A DNA stretch of 64,000 nucleotides from Macrostomum lignano (lineage: Eukaryota), in contig NIVC01002059.1 in NCBI GenBank assembly GCA_002269645.1, forward strand, positions 1 to 64,000, read 5' to 3'. The notes below the pieces were generated by a model. That model was not told the DNA's origin. It saw only the letters and a program-made list of their open reading frames with translations, and ran no database searches. A program made the translations under genes and the position numbers. The first letter of the stretch is position 1. Every line of letters begins with the position of its first letter. Below are positions 12,311 to 25,716 of the stretch, in pieces.

Positions 12311-14230
12311 GCGCACGAGTGTCTATGGCCATTATTTCAGCCCCTTACCTACTACGCAACGTCAACGTCTTTCATTTTACATTCTGCCCAAAAAAGGTTA
12401 TAATTGATATTACTATAGACATTACCCGCTGCTAGCGGGGGTGCGGGGGCAGAGCCCCCGCTGGGGGCGTGGGGGCGAACCCCCCACATTTTAACCATAG
12501 ACAAAATCAATCTTGCACGCTGGAGATGGTGAGGGGAGGGGGTAACGAAAGGAGATTACAATTGAAAGCTAGTTGCCACTATAAAAACAAAGCAATGGTT
12601 TCTCTAATCAACCCGTCGATTCTTCCTCCGCTTATGGACATGCGATACGCAACCGTCGACGGTTTGTCATCCGAAGAGGTGGCAATTGCAGCCATTTCTA
12701 GCAAGTGGGAAAGAGAGAACGAATGGCTGCTGCCCATGTTGGATGCAATTGCTGACACCGATTTAGAGAAGCTGCTAGCGACTGACCCGATGTCGAATGC
12801 AAGTCTGGATGAACTGGAGAGCCTTGCTCAGCAAGTTGAACGTGAGAATCAGTGTCAATCAACCATTGCAAAGGAATTGGCTTCCGTCGGTCGTTTCGAG
12901 AAGTTTCTGACTGACAATGGTGTACAACTGGATTTGTGCTATGAGCCATCAACTAACGGCTGCCGTGGAGGTGGCTACTACGGCCGACCCTCAAGTTGTA
13001 CGCAGTGAGGCAAGTGACCCAGTTGACGTGATCAACGATCCTACGTCGGGCTCGGTGCGCTGTGTGCGAGTTATTCCGGAAAATCGGAAGAATTTGAAGA
13101 TTAGAGCCAATGGTGACACCAACGTCGTTGAATTTGTATTTGAGTAGCATCTGATCGCAAGCGAAAAACTAGTAATGATATTAACCAATTTTCACTCGTT
13201 ATTTTCTTGTTGTCTAAAAATAAATTGCAATCCTGCACGTAAGATGCATTAGACCTAAAGGATAATTTGCCATAGACAACATCAATTCTGCACGCTTGGG
13301 CGTGCCAGATCAGCAATCCTGCACGCAGAATCAAATAAGAATGATATATTCCTGCACGGTCACGAGTGCGGGAATGACATCTGCACGAGTGCGCGCTAGC
13401 GCACGAGTGCACGATGTCCTTCACGCACGAGTGAACGTGAAGGAATTCCATTGTCGGATGATTCATCGTGCAGGAATGCACAAAACCGTGCAGGAATGCA
13501 TTTCTGCGCCTAATGCTTTTTCAGTGAGATTTTACCATAGACATCCATTCCTGCACGCAAAAGAGTGCAAGAATGCCATTCTTGCATGGAAAATCAGCCG
13601 ACAATGTCTATAAGACACAGCCTGGCCATTATTTCAGCGTGCCGGAAGCGGTCATTATTTCAGGGTAAGAGTCTGCGTGCGTGCGACTGCGTAAAGAGGG
13701 CGGTGGTTGGGCCATAGACTATAAATAAAAAAGCTGTTGGGCCATAGACTATAAATGAATAAGCTGATGATAGGCTTGAGCTGACGAGAAGTAGAGATAG
13801 TCTAGATCGAGGATTAAAAGAGCTGTCTTTTCTTTTTTCGGCTATGGCGCTTATCAATTGGTCGCATCTTCCCGTGGACAGCCTTAACGGAGTATCTAGA
13901 TATGAGTTAGAACTACTATCCGAGCTAAGTGCAAAGGAGCATCAACAGGATGTAGAATTGAGTTCATTTATCAAGTGGCTCGAAGATCCACTGGCTGATT
14001 CTGGAGACTTGCTCCTCCCGCCGAAGATGGAGTCAACCTTGACGCCGTGGAAATCCAGTCGTTGCCAAGTCGTGGCTAAATAGTTTTGACTATCATTTTT
14101 CTTCTCACTAATATTACTATTGTTATGATTATCATTACTGTGAACATTACTCCCTTATGCCAGTTAATATATGAATACTTTAACTAATCGTCTATGGTTC
14201 AAACGTCTGTTAAAGCTGAAATAATGGCCA
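12311..14230. mobile_element. Cluster of non-autonomous DNA-transposon-like sequence with CCATAGAC/GTCTATGG motifs and a possible Crypton-like ORF remnant
   Basis: CCATAGAC at 12495, 13270, 13535, 13712 and 13742; inverted at 12321 and 14190. Many TGCACG/CGTGCA repeats at 13215-13570. ORF 12469-13008 segment LESLAQQVERENQCQSTIAKELASVGRFEKFL resembles Crypton/DUF3504-family N-termini. No TSD found. Confidence 0.45.
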
Positions 14231-14880
14231 GTTGAGTTTGTCATTACGCCAGGCTGTGTCTTCTGGACAATGGCCGGGCAGAGGTAGAATCGGTCCAGAA
14301 ATTCACCTGGCAGACTATTTAGCCTACGTTTCGGCTCGGTTTGAAACTATAGCATTTGGCTTCTAGAGCAACATATTTTTTCTGCCTTCATCTTTCCAGT
14401 TTTCATTAGTGCGGACCAACCAATCGCTTGTGTTTTGCTTTGCCCGCGGGATGGACAAAGCGCAGAGTGACGGGAAGCGGCATTTCTGGCTCCGCTGCAT
14501 CTGGAGGCGGGTTACAAATTATCCAACGAGACCGCCTGTGCTATTCCGCCTCTCCTATGCTCTCAGCGCATGTGTTAAGTGTGTTTATGCAACACGCACT
14601 TCTGCTGCCACTATACAAGAGCCTCTCAGCTGTGAACAGTTTCTCGCAATAAGTCGAGCGCAGCAAGGGATGGGGACAAAGCTTACACGAAGACAAAAGG
14701 TTTTGGCTAGGGGTGGGGGAGAGAAAAGCTCGCTGTGAGAGCAAAGATGGAGGGGAGCAGAAATTGCTACACAGGCTGATGGAGGTGGAATGGGAGACGG
14801 GAAACCCTAGCCTGCAGCGGGAGCGGAGGCTGGAAGAAACCAGCTGTTTAGACTTCAGAAGATTTTTTTATTAGAGGCAG

Positions 14881-15093
14881 GGGCCTGTGTGCACCGTGGC
14901 GCACTTTAAGCGACATTGTCGCACAACCGGCGACAGGCATTGCTGCCCATTCCACCAACTCCCCTGAGCAGGCACACAAGCGCGCGAATACGTACGCAGT
15001 CATACGCACAGGCACACACTCACACAGGAGTGTACAGCCGCCCTAACTCTATTTATCGTTAGGCATGTACACTTCACTGTGCCTTGGCGTTTG
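14881..15093 (-). mobile_element. 5'-truncated copy of the tRNA-headed SINE at 45619-45958
   Basis: Reverse complement of 45750-45958 (e.g. GTACGCAGTCATACGCACAGGCACACACTCACACAGGAGTGTACAG). Confidence 0.8.
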
Positions 15094-15113
15094 GTTGATT
15101 TGGTTGGATCATT

Positions 15114-17210
15114 CAGATCAGAGCTGATACCCTCTCAGATCAGAGCTGATACCCTCTCAGATCAGAGCTGATACCCTCTCAGATCAGAGCTGATACCCTC
15201 TCAGACCAATTCAGTGAGTGATGATACCCTCTCAGACCAATTCAGTGAGTGATGATACCCTCTCAGACCAATTCAGTGAGTGATGATAACCTCTCAGACC
15301 AATTCAGTGAGTGATGATACCCTCTCAGACCAATTCAGTGAGTGATGATACCCTCTCAGACCAATTCAGTGAGTGATGATACCCTCTCAGACAAATTCAG
15401 TGAGTGATGATACCCTCTCAGACCAATTCAGTGAGTGATGACAACTTCTCAGACCAATTCAGTGAGTGATGATAACCTCTCAGACCAATTCAGTGAGTGA
15501 TGATACCCTCTCAGACCAATTCAGTGAGTGATGATACCCTCTCAGACCAATTCAGTGAGTGATGATAAACTCTCAGACCAATTCAGTGAGTGATGATACC
15601 CTCTCAGACCAATTCAGTGAGTGATGATAACCTCTCAGACCAATTCAGTGAGTGATGATACCCTCTCAGACCAATTCAGTGAGTGATGACAACCTCTCAG
15701 ACAAATTCAGTGAGTGATGATACCCTCTCAGACCAATTCAGTGAGTGATGATACCCTCTCAGACCAATTCAGTGAGTGATGATACCCTCTCAGACAAATT
15801 CAGTGAGTGATGATACCCTCTCAGACCAATTCAGTGAGTGATGATAACCTCTCAGACCAATTCAGTGAGTGATGATACCCTCTCAGACAAATTCAGTGAG
15901 TGATGATACCCTCTCAGACCAATTCAGTGAGTGATGATAACCTCTCAGACCAATTCAGTGAGTGATGATACCCTCTCAGACCAATTCAGTGAGTGATGAT
16001 ACCCTCTCAGACCAATTCAGTGTGTGATGATAACCTCTCAGACCAATTCAGTGAGTGATGATACCCTCTCAGACCAATTCAGTGAGTGATGATACCCTCT
16101 CAGACCAATTCAGTGAGTGATGATAACCTCTCAGACCAATTCAGTGAGTGATGATACCCTCTCAGACCAATTCAGTGAGTGATGACAACCTCTCAGACCA
16201 ATTCAGTGAGTGATGATAACCTCTCAGACCAATTCAGTGAGTGATGATACCCTCTCAGACCAATTCAGTGAGTGATGATACCCTCTCAGACCAATTCAGT
16301 GAGTGATGATAACCTCTCAGACCAATTCAGTGAGTGATGATACCCTCTCAGACCAATTCAGTGAGTGATGATAACCTCTCAGACCAATTCAGTGAGTGAT
16401 GATACCCTCTCAGACCAATTCAGTGAGTGATGACAACCTCTCAGACCAATTCAGTGAGTGATGATACCCTCTCAGACCAATTCAGTGAGTGATGATAACC
16501 TCTCAGACCAATTCAGTGAGTGATGATACCCTCTCAGACAAATTCAGTGAGTGATGATACCCTCTCAGACCAATTCAGTGAGTGATGATAACCTCTCAGA
16601 CCAATTCAGTGAGTGATGATACCCTCTCAGACAAATTCAGTGAGTGATGACACCCTCTCAGACCAATTCAGTGAGTGATGATAACCTCTCAGACCAATTC
16701 AGTGAGTGATGATACCCTCTCAGACCAATTCAGTGAGTGATGATACCCTCTCAGACCAATTCAGTGAGTGATGATACCCTCTCAGACCAATTCAGTGAGT
16801 GATGACAACCTCTCAGACCAATTCAGTGAGTGATGATACCCTCTCAGACCAATTCAGTGAGTGATGATACCCTCTCAGACCAATTCAGTGAGTGATGATA
16901 CCCTCTCAGACAAATTCAGTGAGTGATGATACCCTCTCAGACCAATTCAGTGAGTGATGATAACCTCTCAGACCAATTCAGTGAGTGATGATACCCTCTC
17001 AGACCAATTCAGTGAGTGATGATACCCTCTCAGACCAATTCAGTGAGTGATGAATGATACCCTCTCAGACCAATTCAGTGAGTGATGATAACCTCTCAGA
17101 CCATTCAGTGAGTGATGAATGATACCCTCTCAGATCATTTAGTGAGTGATGATAACCTCTCAGCTAATTCAGTGGGTGATGGATGATACCCTCTCAGATC
17201 ATTCAGTGAG
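15114..17210. repeat. 31-bp satellite (GATACCCTCTCAGACCAATTCAGTGAGTGAT), ~64 copies, preceded by 4 copies of a related 22-bp unit
   Basis: Period 31 (15192, 15223...). The 22-mer CAGATCAGAGCTGATACCCTCT lies at 15114-15202. Confidence 0.98.
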
Positions 17211-17567
17211 AGCAGTTTTGTCCTCTGTTCTACCATGCAGAGATTACACCAGTGATCTCAATTATTCTCACTCCTCAGCTCACCTCTTAACCTATTCCTC
17301 CCTCGGTGTACTTTGATGAATAAACAACAAGACAATTATTGACTGCAATATTTTCTCTTATGTCTTGATAAAGCTAAATTTATTAAAAGTACAATGCCAG
17401 ATGAAAGTCAGCTCAGGAACCAAATATAGCGAGCGTGATGCAGCGGTGCTTGAAGAGGAAAAATCAAAGAAAGAGGAACACAGATAAGGAGTATTTTTGT
17501 TTAATTTGTAAACTAGAAACTAAGAACAGTTTTGAAGTTGTTCGCTTTGAGAGATAAAAACTAATTT

Positions 17568-19340
17568 CTACAGTTCAGACGGTTTCGCAGTGTGGTGTTG
17601 CGAATTCAGAGACTGCCCTGGATGCGTAATTGCTGGAGAAGCGTCTTCGTCTTCCGTCCGAGACGACCGGAGCGGAACTGACTTCTCCTGTCGGATGGCG
17701 GGGGCAGCGGCATTCCCCGCTCCGCCGCCTTTGCCAGTCAGGTAGATGTAGAAAAATTCGATGACCTCGACGGCGCAGGCACAGGTGAGCCCGATGGTGA
17801 GAGAGCAGAGGCCACCGATCTGCGACATGAGCGCGTTTAGCGTCAGCACTTGTTTCTCCTCTTTGAGAATGAGGTTTTCGCTTTTGCGCTTCAGCACAAC
17901 GTAGGCAAAATTCTTGGACTCGACCATGTCGTCCGGCCCCTGGCCATTGGCGATCGCAGTCAGGTTGGCTTTGGTCAGGTATCGCAGGAGCCGCTCCTTC
18001 AGCGCCTCGAAGCGCGGTCGCAGAGCAGCCTCGCCGTGGCCCGTCCCGCCCTCGCGCTCTTTAATGAGGTCGCCGAGCTCCTCAATGTCATTGACGAACT
18101 TTCCTGACCAGTAAACTTGCCAGTCGGTCGCGCCCCAGTAGGTCACCGACAATTTTGTCTCGTACTCCGTCAGGAGGCAACGTGGCAGGCAGGGCCACTG
18201 CGGCAGGTCCCGCGTTATTTCAACGTAGCACTGCAGCTGGCGGACAAAGTCCTCGAAAGTACTGTTGTACTCGCTTGTAAAAGAGGCGCAATAGGGCAGC
18301 TCCTTGCTCGGAGGCTGGGTGCGAGGAACCCCGGGCAAACAGACGATGCAGTTGCAGCGGCGAATCGCCAACTCCTGCAGGTGCTTGTTGGCGCACTCTC
18401 GCTGAGTGTAATCGAACCTGCGCCCAAGATCCATGTATGACTCGCCGCTGGTGATGCACGGATTCACAGGGGTGTTGCTGCGATTCCACAGCGTGGGAGT
18501 GTAGGCCAGCTCAGTCATCTTGCCAGCCTCGATGTTTTTGCCAAAGTGCTCCACGTTCGGGTAGCGGTTGGGTTCGTGGATGACTACCCGCAGGCCCGTG
18601 GCCTGGTCGAAGACGTCGTTGAGAAAGCCCTGCTGGAAATTGGCATAGTCAGGCGGGGGGCCGAGGTCCACTGCGAGGCCGAGGAACTGAGTGTCGAAAG
18701 AGGCCGCTGGAGTATTCGGCTCCACCGTGTAGCAATTCAGGTGCTTCGGATGCGAGAAAAGCTTTATGCTGAAGCCGTGCTCCGTCAGGTTGCACGGGTC
18801 CTTGAAGTGGCTGACGCCGTCAGTTTTTACGATGCACTTTCGTATGACGCTGGGATCGTGGCTTAGTACAGTAATGTCACGCAGCGGGATGTTTTGGTAG
18901 TACACCTCCAGCATGTCGTAGTAGAGGGAGTAGGATATGGGATCGGCGTCTTTTTTCTGGATCCGAAAGAAGTCGCTAGTCTTGTTGATGGCCTCCAGGG
19001 CCCAGCGACGCAGCAGAGCATTGTACTCGCGCGGCGACATCACGGACCTGTTGCTCCACAGCTTGAAGGCCCTCGACGAGAAAGGCTGGTGAAGACAAAC
19101 GGTGATGGCAGGGAAAGGTGAAGCAAAATTGGGGATGTCAGATGTGTGAACGATGACATCGTATTGAAGGTAGGAGCGAACGGACAGAGAAGAGGAGATG
19201 ATGAGCACCAGTGTCATGATCACGACGAAGGCCAGCCACATTTTGCGCAGGAAGTTCGACGAGGAGCGCGCAATTTTGGGCATGCCGCGGATGGAGCTGC
19301 ACTCGCAGAACAGCATCATGCCGCTGCGGGGTGGCGGCAT
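17568..19340 (-). CDS. Intronless DEG/ENaC (amiloride-sensitive / ASIC/FaNaC-like) channel subunit, 590 aa
   Basis: TM1 followed by FPAITVC, a Cys-rich extracellular domain (CANKHLQELAIRRCNCIVC...PCLPRC..YETKLS), and TM2 LMSQIGGLCSLTIGLTCACAVEVIEF. Confidence 0.95.
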   Translation of the reverse strand: MPPPRSGMMLFCECSSIRGMPKIARSSSNFLRKMWLAFVVIMTLVLIISSSLSVRSYLQYDVIVHTSDIPNFASPFPAITVCLHQPFSSRAFKLWSNRSVMSPREYNALLRRWALEAINKTSDFFRIQKKDADPISYSLYYDMLEVYYQNIPLRDITVLSHDPSVIRKCIVKTDGVSHFKDPCNLTEHGFSIKLFSHPKHLNCYTVEPNTPAASFDTQFLGLAVDLGPPPDYANFQQGFLNDVFDQATGLRVVIHEPNRYPNVEHFGKNIEAGKMTELAYTPTLWNRSNTPVNPCITSGESYMDLGRRFDYTQRECANKHLQELAIRRCNCIVCLPGVPRTQPPSKELPYCASFTSEYNSTFEDFVRQLQCYVEITRDLPQWPCLPRCLLTEYETKLSVTYWGATDWQVYWSGKFVNDIEELGDLIKEREGGTGHGEAALRPRFEALKERLLRYLTKANLTAIANGQGPDDMVESKNFAYVVLKRKSENLILKEEKQVLTLNALMSQIGGLCSLTIGLTCACAVEVIEFFYIYLTGKGGGAGNAAAPAIRQEKSVPLRSSRTEDEDASPAITHPGQSLNSQHHTAKPSEL

Positions 19341-20670
19341 CGGCGACTGACGCCTGGCGGCTGAAACGGTTACCGGGGGGAATCAGGCATGCTGTGGTTC
19401 ATTTTCGTACCTTAGTGACTGTCAGTGTCATCATCTATACAGAGCTCTTTGCATTTTAATTCAGCAGGAAGGTAACCTCATATAGTTATTATCTGATTCA
19501 ATGACTGTAGCCCATTGAATGCTTGAAGCATAGCTGAAGCTAAAGACCTCTGCACCGCATCCCCACGGCTCAGTCTCTCAAAACTGCCATGGTAACGGAG
19601 GCCCCAAAACTTTCATTCAAAATAATGCAAAATTGTTCAGCAAACACACGGAATGAAGCATTGACTATAGGCAGTGTTTGCTTTCTATTTAGGCCTGCTA
19701 GCCCTCCTAATGCGCCCTGACCTGTGATGGCTATCTATCAATTTAGTTATTGACAGCTTGTCTTGCGGGCTGTGGTAAATCCTGATGGAGTTAACTCTCC
19801 TAAAAGTAGGAAAAAGGAAGCTTTTTAAGTTAAGTTACTCTTAAGTTACTCATCGAACTCTCGTCCATTCTCCCAGCCTCCCCGGGTTGCGTTGCTTCTA
19901 GCTTGCTAATTAACTTCCCAGTTTTCTGAAAAGAGGTAAACTCTGAAAAGTCTGCTACATTGAAACTCAGTACAGCAGCAGCAGCTGTTAACTTGAAAGT
20001 GTCTCAGCGTTGGTTCTAGCATATTTGCGCTGCTGTTTAGGAGAACCTGTCACAGCTTCAAATTTGCACTTAAAGCCCCATACAAATTCAATAGGAGTTT
20101 CTATTGAGTCAGTTTTTTCTCTGAAAGCCAGCTTGAGTGGCCGAGAAATTTCAATGCAGATAGGGAAAGCTTCCGAAAGCTGGGCACCAAGAGGTTTACA
20201 ACTTCTTAGAGCTTGAGCTGCGTCTCGAAATGTTAATCCCACATTTGCAAGGTGAGCCTTGGTCTGCGGGAGCAGCTGGAAGTACTGGATTCTCCTTCCT
20301 CACTTCGAATAAGTCGCTGAGTCGCTGACGCAGGTTGTCCTGGGGCTGCAGAGTTCTGACATCCGATCTGCTGCACAGTCTGGCTTTTTCTTCCCGAGAA
20401 CGAATCTGAGAATTATTGACAGTTTATTGACGGACCTACTCAACTATGAAGGCAGGATCTGCTTTGGAATTGTGGACTGAGACGGAAAGAGATACACAGC
20501 TAGCAGACATTTAAAGTGTTGCTCCTCTTTAATATTCTGTTGCACGGATTTACCTCGCCAGATAATTCAAATTTTCTGAATCATAATACGTGGGACAGTA
20601 TTTGAACTGGACTCTATGCTTAGCTGTTACAGCTGGTCGATGAGGAACACAAGTCAGTTTTGGCGGTGGT

Positions 20671-21112
20671 TCAGACACAAGCTAGGTCTGGCTCAGACAC
20701 TAGCTAGGACTGGCTCAGACACAAGCTAGGACTGGCTCAGACACAAGCTAGGACTGGCTCAGACACAAGCTAGGACTGGCTCAGACACAAGCTAGGTCTG
20801 GCTCAGACACAAGCTAGGTCTGGCTCAGACACAAGCTAGGTCTGGCTCAGACACTAGCTAGGACTGGCTCAGACACAAGCTAGGTCTGGCTCAGACACAA
20901 GCTAGGTCTGGCTCAGACACTAGCTAGGACTGGCTCAGACACAAGCTAGGTCTGGCTCAGACACTAGCTAGGACTGGCTCAGACACAAGCTAGGACTGGC
21001 TCAGACACAAGCTAGGTCTGGCTCAGACACTAGCTAGGACTGGCTCAGACACAAGCTAGGACTGGCAGGGACTCAGGCACAAGCTAGGACTGGCAGGGAC
21101 TCAGGCACAAGC
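20671..21112. repeat. 22-bp minisatellite (CAGACACAAGCTAGGTCTGGCT), ~20 copies
   Basis: Period 22 (20672, 20694). Confidence 0.96.
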
Positions 21113-22328
21113 TTCCGTGCCCAGGGAGCCCAGGTGCGGGCACGGGAGCAGCGCATTCTGTATTATTCGCAGCCAATTAACGCCAAGTCTGCTTCAACTA
21201 ACCGCGGGAATGCCGCCGTCTCTCCCCGGTCGCCTCTCTGCCAGGTCGAGCATCAGGACTGGCCGGAGCCGTCTCTGCCGCCTCCTGGTCGGCCTCGTCC
21301 AGGAATATTCGTCCGAATTCCTCACCTGAAGAAAAATGAAAAGGACAGAATAGCATTGGATATTTTGATACTTGTCAATGCAAAGTTTATATAGATAGAT
21401 CACATTTGCCATCAAGGCCAATCAGCAAGAGTCGAAAGTCAATTTAGCCAACTCTGAGCTGAAATTGAGAGAGCAGGCCAAGAGTCGCTGGATCGCATCA
21501 ATACATTAGCGACAAGTTTTCTGCTCCTGGGGTGTCCAATTTCAGCGCTCCGTGAGGGCAGATCGAATGAATTGCGAGGCTGGCTATTCGAAAAAGTCTG
21601 GCCACTAAGAAAACTTTCCTCGCTAAAATATACGGATAGACGGCCGTTTTTCTCTCTCTAAATCCTCATCTCAAACAACACGCAGAATTTCTGAACACCA
21701 GAGCAGCAACAGGAATTGTAATGGGGGGTTGGGCTTAAACCTTTCCCCGTGTACCTTTCCTCTATTCATCGTCTGCAATTGCGGGGGAAGCTTTAGGTGC
21801 TAGCTGTGTCCCTGTGCATACACTGATAGATTTGCTCTGCAGCTAACCCGGCCTTCTTAACCTCTCCTTCTCACTCCTTCCAGCGCTTATCCCACAGAGA
21901 GGAGGATGTCGAGCAGTCGTTACCCTGTCTGGGACGGGAATTCGGAGAGCTTGAAGCAATTGATTCCTCCCGGGATGCAATGGGACTAAACTATCCGCAC
22001 ACTTTGGTCCAATACCTCTCTGGTCTGCTTCTGTTGGCAAGTATGAAAGCGTATGGAATTATGGACAGCTGCAGTAGAAGGGGGCGCTACACTTAGTTTT
22101 CTTAGAAATGACCTGGAAGCCGCTAAGGAACGTATAAATCATGATGCAACTCTTATAGTGCCCCCAACTTCAAGCATTAAGTCTAGTTGCGGACTTTAAT
22201 TTTTGCTCTTTTGGTACGTCCCATACTTTATCTGGCCTTGGCACCCTGAAATGATATGAGAGTTGCATCACGCTCTATGAGATAAAGCACGCTATTTTCC
22301 GGGCACTATTAACTTAGGGCTCTCGAGC

Positions 22329-23093
<765 letters not shown>

Positions 23094-24213
23094 TGCTGTC
23101 CATGCACGGAATATGGAGTAGAAACGATAAGCTATTTTCAATATCTACGGAAACTAACAGTCTACAGAATTTTTTACTTACACATTTCGAACTCGGACAC
23201 CCCGGCAGCTCTGTACTGCTGTTGCTGCAGCCGCCTCTCAGTCATTGAGGTCCTGCACTACCAACGACACTTCGTCAGATATTTGTCCGTCTACTTTTCT
23301 TCACAGCGCGGAGTCAGGCAACGGAGCAGAAGGGAAGGCAGCGGAGGAGGCCGGAGCCCGAGCGCCCCAGCCTGCTCGGTGTTTATCTTTCGACGACTGC
23401 GCCCTCTCGCTCCCCGCAGGCCTCAAACTCCTCGGGTTGGCCGGCCGCTTTCTCCGCCCCCTCCTCCCCCCGTTCTTCCCCAAATACAATGGAGAGTTGC
23501 CAGGATCCCCAAACTAAACCCGAGGACTTTTTCGGTAGAGGGGTGAAATGGAGGGCAGCAGGGGGGGGGGAGTCGGGCTCGACCAATTGGATGATTCCTG
23601 GAATATGGAGCTGAGAAGAAAGCCGGCGGGCTTGGGGGTAGATACATCCTCCAGGGGAAAAATAGACCATCAGGAAAAGATGCAGGGGAGAAGATGCTGA
23701 AAGGGAAAGAGGTGTGTTTCTTTCTCTCTTTAATGCTTAAGCGGTCTGTGCAGCAGCGCTTTGAACACGAGAGTTGACGGCTCAACACTGGATGCACTGA
23801 AGAGGCTGCTGCACGCCTCATCCATCTGCTCCGAGCGCGCTAATGGCTTTTACACCCCTCCTCCCAGCTTCTCCTGCTCCCGCTCTCCCGCGTTCTCTTC
23901 AATTCAAATGTTGCAGCAGGGGTCACTTTATCGACTGGCAACCGTGAGCAATTATTTCGCAGCCATCCGGCATGCGGCATGCGGTCAGTTCTGCTGACAA
24001 TCAGCTTGACCATCTGCCGAGCTTATCTCGGGGAATTCTTGCACAGACTCAGCCCCTTAGCAACGGAGCTTTAGGTCGGAGAGTTTGAACAATGCAGATG
24101 ACATTAGTAATTGATTACACCCGCCCTAATTGGGCCAGATGTGCAACCGACAGCTCAAGCCGCAACTATTGCGGCTGTTCAGTCCAAGGACTGGGGGGGG
24201 GGAGTCGCTGGCA

Positions 24214-24320
24214 CCCATTTTACAGCTGGGAGAACTGAAGCAATGCAGAATTAAGTGTCTTGCTTAATGTTCCAATTGGGTCGAGAATCGAACCCCCGAC
24301 CTTTCAGTCGCCACTGGGCT
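24214..24320 (-). mobile_element. CORE-SINE-like (MIR-like) fragment
   Basis: CCCATTTTACAGCTGGGAGAACTGAAGCA..AATTAAGTGTCTTGC resembles the reverse CORE domain. GAGAATCGAACCC at 24283 is a reverse B-box. Confidence 0.6.
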
Positions 24321-24804
24321 ACAACCCCCCTTGAACAATACGCTTCGTTATAAATCAGCAGTTTTTGAACAGGCAATTAAGTGTTGCGAATGCAGCTCAG
24401 ACACTCGCTGTTAGGATAACTTATGTTAGAGCTGGCTGACGGCAGAGATCGATTGTTCTTGCAGACTCGGCACTCCGATAAATCTTATAAAGCATGTTGC
24501 GGCTAGAGCCCCCCGGCGAGGGGCGGGTGCTAGCCAGGGGGTGAGATGAAGTCTCGGACGCTGATTGCGGGCAAGCTGTTGCTGAAGACGTGGCCGGAAT
24601 ATTCGATGCCACCATGCTGCCATGCTGAGCGAGAAAGAGAGAGAGAGAGAGGCTGAGGACTGGATGATGCCGGTCTTGCTTGCACTTTTATCAATAATTA
24701 TTTTACAGACGAATTTCAAAACTGCGAGAAGCAACTCAGCCTGTGAGCTTGTATTGCCGCGATTTTGAGCTCTTGTATACTGTCCCAGTCCTAAAACAGC
24801 GAGT

Positions 24805-25716
24805 GGACTGGGGCGAGTGCACTGCAGCTGGGATGAGTGAACTGGGGTGAGCGGACTGAGGTTAGCGGACTGGGATGAGTGGACTGCAGCTGGGATTAGT
24901 GGACTGGGATTAGTGGACTGCAGCTGGGATGAGTGAACTGGGGTGAGCGGACTGAGGTTAGCGGACTGGGATGAGTGGACTGCAGCTGGGATTAGTGGAC
25001 TGGGGTGAGCGGACTGAGGTTAGCGGACTGGGATGAGTGGACTGCAGCTGGGATTAGTGGACTGGGGTGAGCGGACTGAGGTTAGCGGACTGGGATGAGT
25101 GGACTGCAGCTGGGGTGAGTGGACTGGGGTGAGTGCACTGCAGCTGGGATGAGTGGACTGGGGTGAGTGCACTGCAGCTGGGATGAGTGGACTGGGGTGA
25201 GTGCACTGCAGCTGGGATGAGTGAACTGGGGCGAGTGCACTGCAGCTGGGATGAGTGGACTGGGGTGAGTGCACTGCAGCTGGGATGAGTGGACTGGGGT
25301 GAGTGCACTGCAGCTGGGATGAGTGAACTGGGGCGAGTGCACTGCAGCTGGGATTAGTGGACTGGGGCGAGTGCACTGCAGCTGGGATGAGTGAACTGGG
25401 GTGAGCGGACTGAGGTTAGCGGACTGGGATGAGTGGACTGCAGCTGGGGTGAGTGGACTGGGGTGAGTGCCCTGCAGCTGGGATTAGTGAACTGGGGTGA
25501 GCGGACTGAGGTTAGCGGACTGGGATGAGTGCACTGCAGCTGGGATTAGTGAACTGGGGCGAGTGCACTGCAGCTGGGATTAGTGAACTGGGGTGAGCGG
25601 ACTGAGGTTAGCGGACTGGGATGAGTGGACTGTAGTTGGGATTAGTGGACTGGGATTAGTGGACTGCAGCTAGGATGAGTGGACTAGGATGAGTGGACTG
25701 GGTTTTAGCGGACTGG
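24805..25716. repeat. Compound minisatellite built from GACTGCAGCTGGGATGAGTG / GACTGGGGTGAGTG modules (~34 bp and longer variants)
   Basis: Direct reading. Confidence 0.95.

Noticed and set aside
20230-21345. Possible minus-strand exons with acceptor-like sites (~21325, ~20407)
   Set aside because: Short, no recognisable domain, and I could not link them into a gene.
23220-23960. GC/purine-rich ORFs
   Set aside because: Low-complexity and no consistent frame or splice structure.
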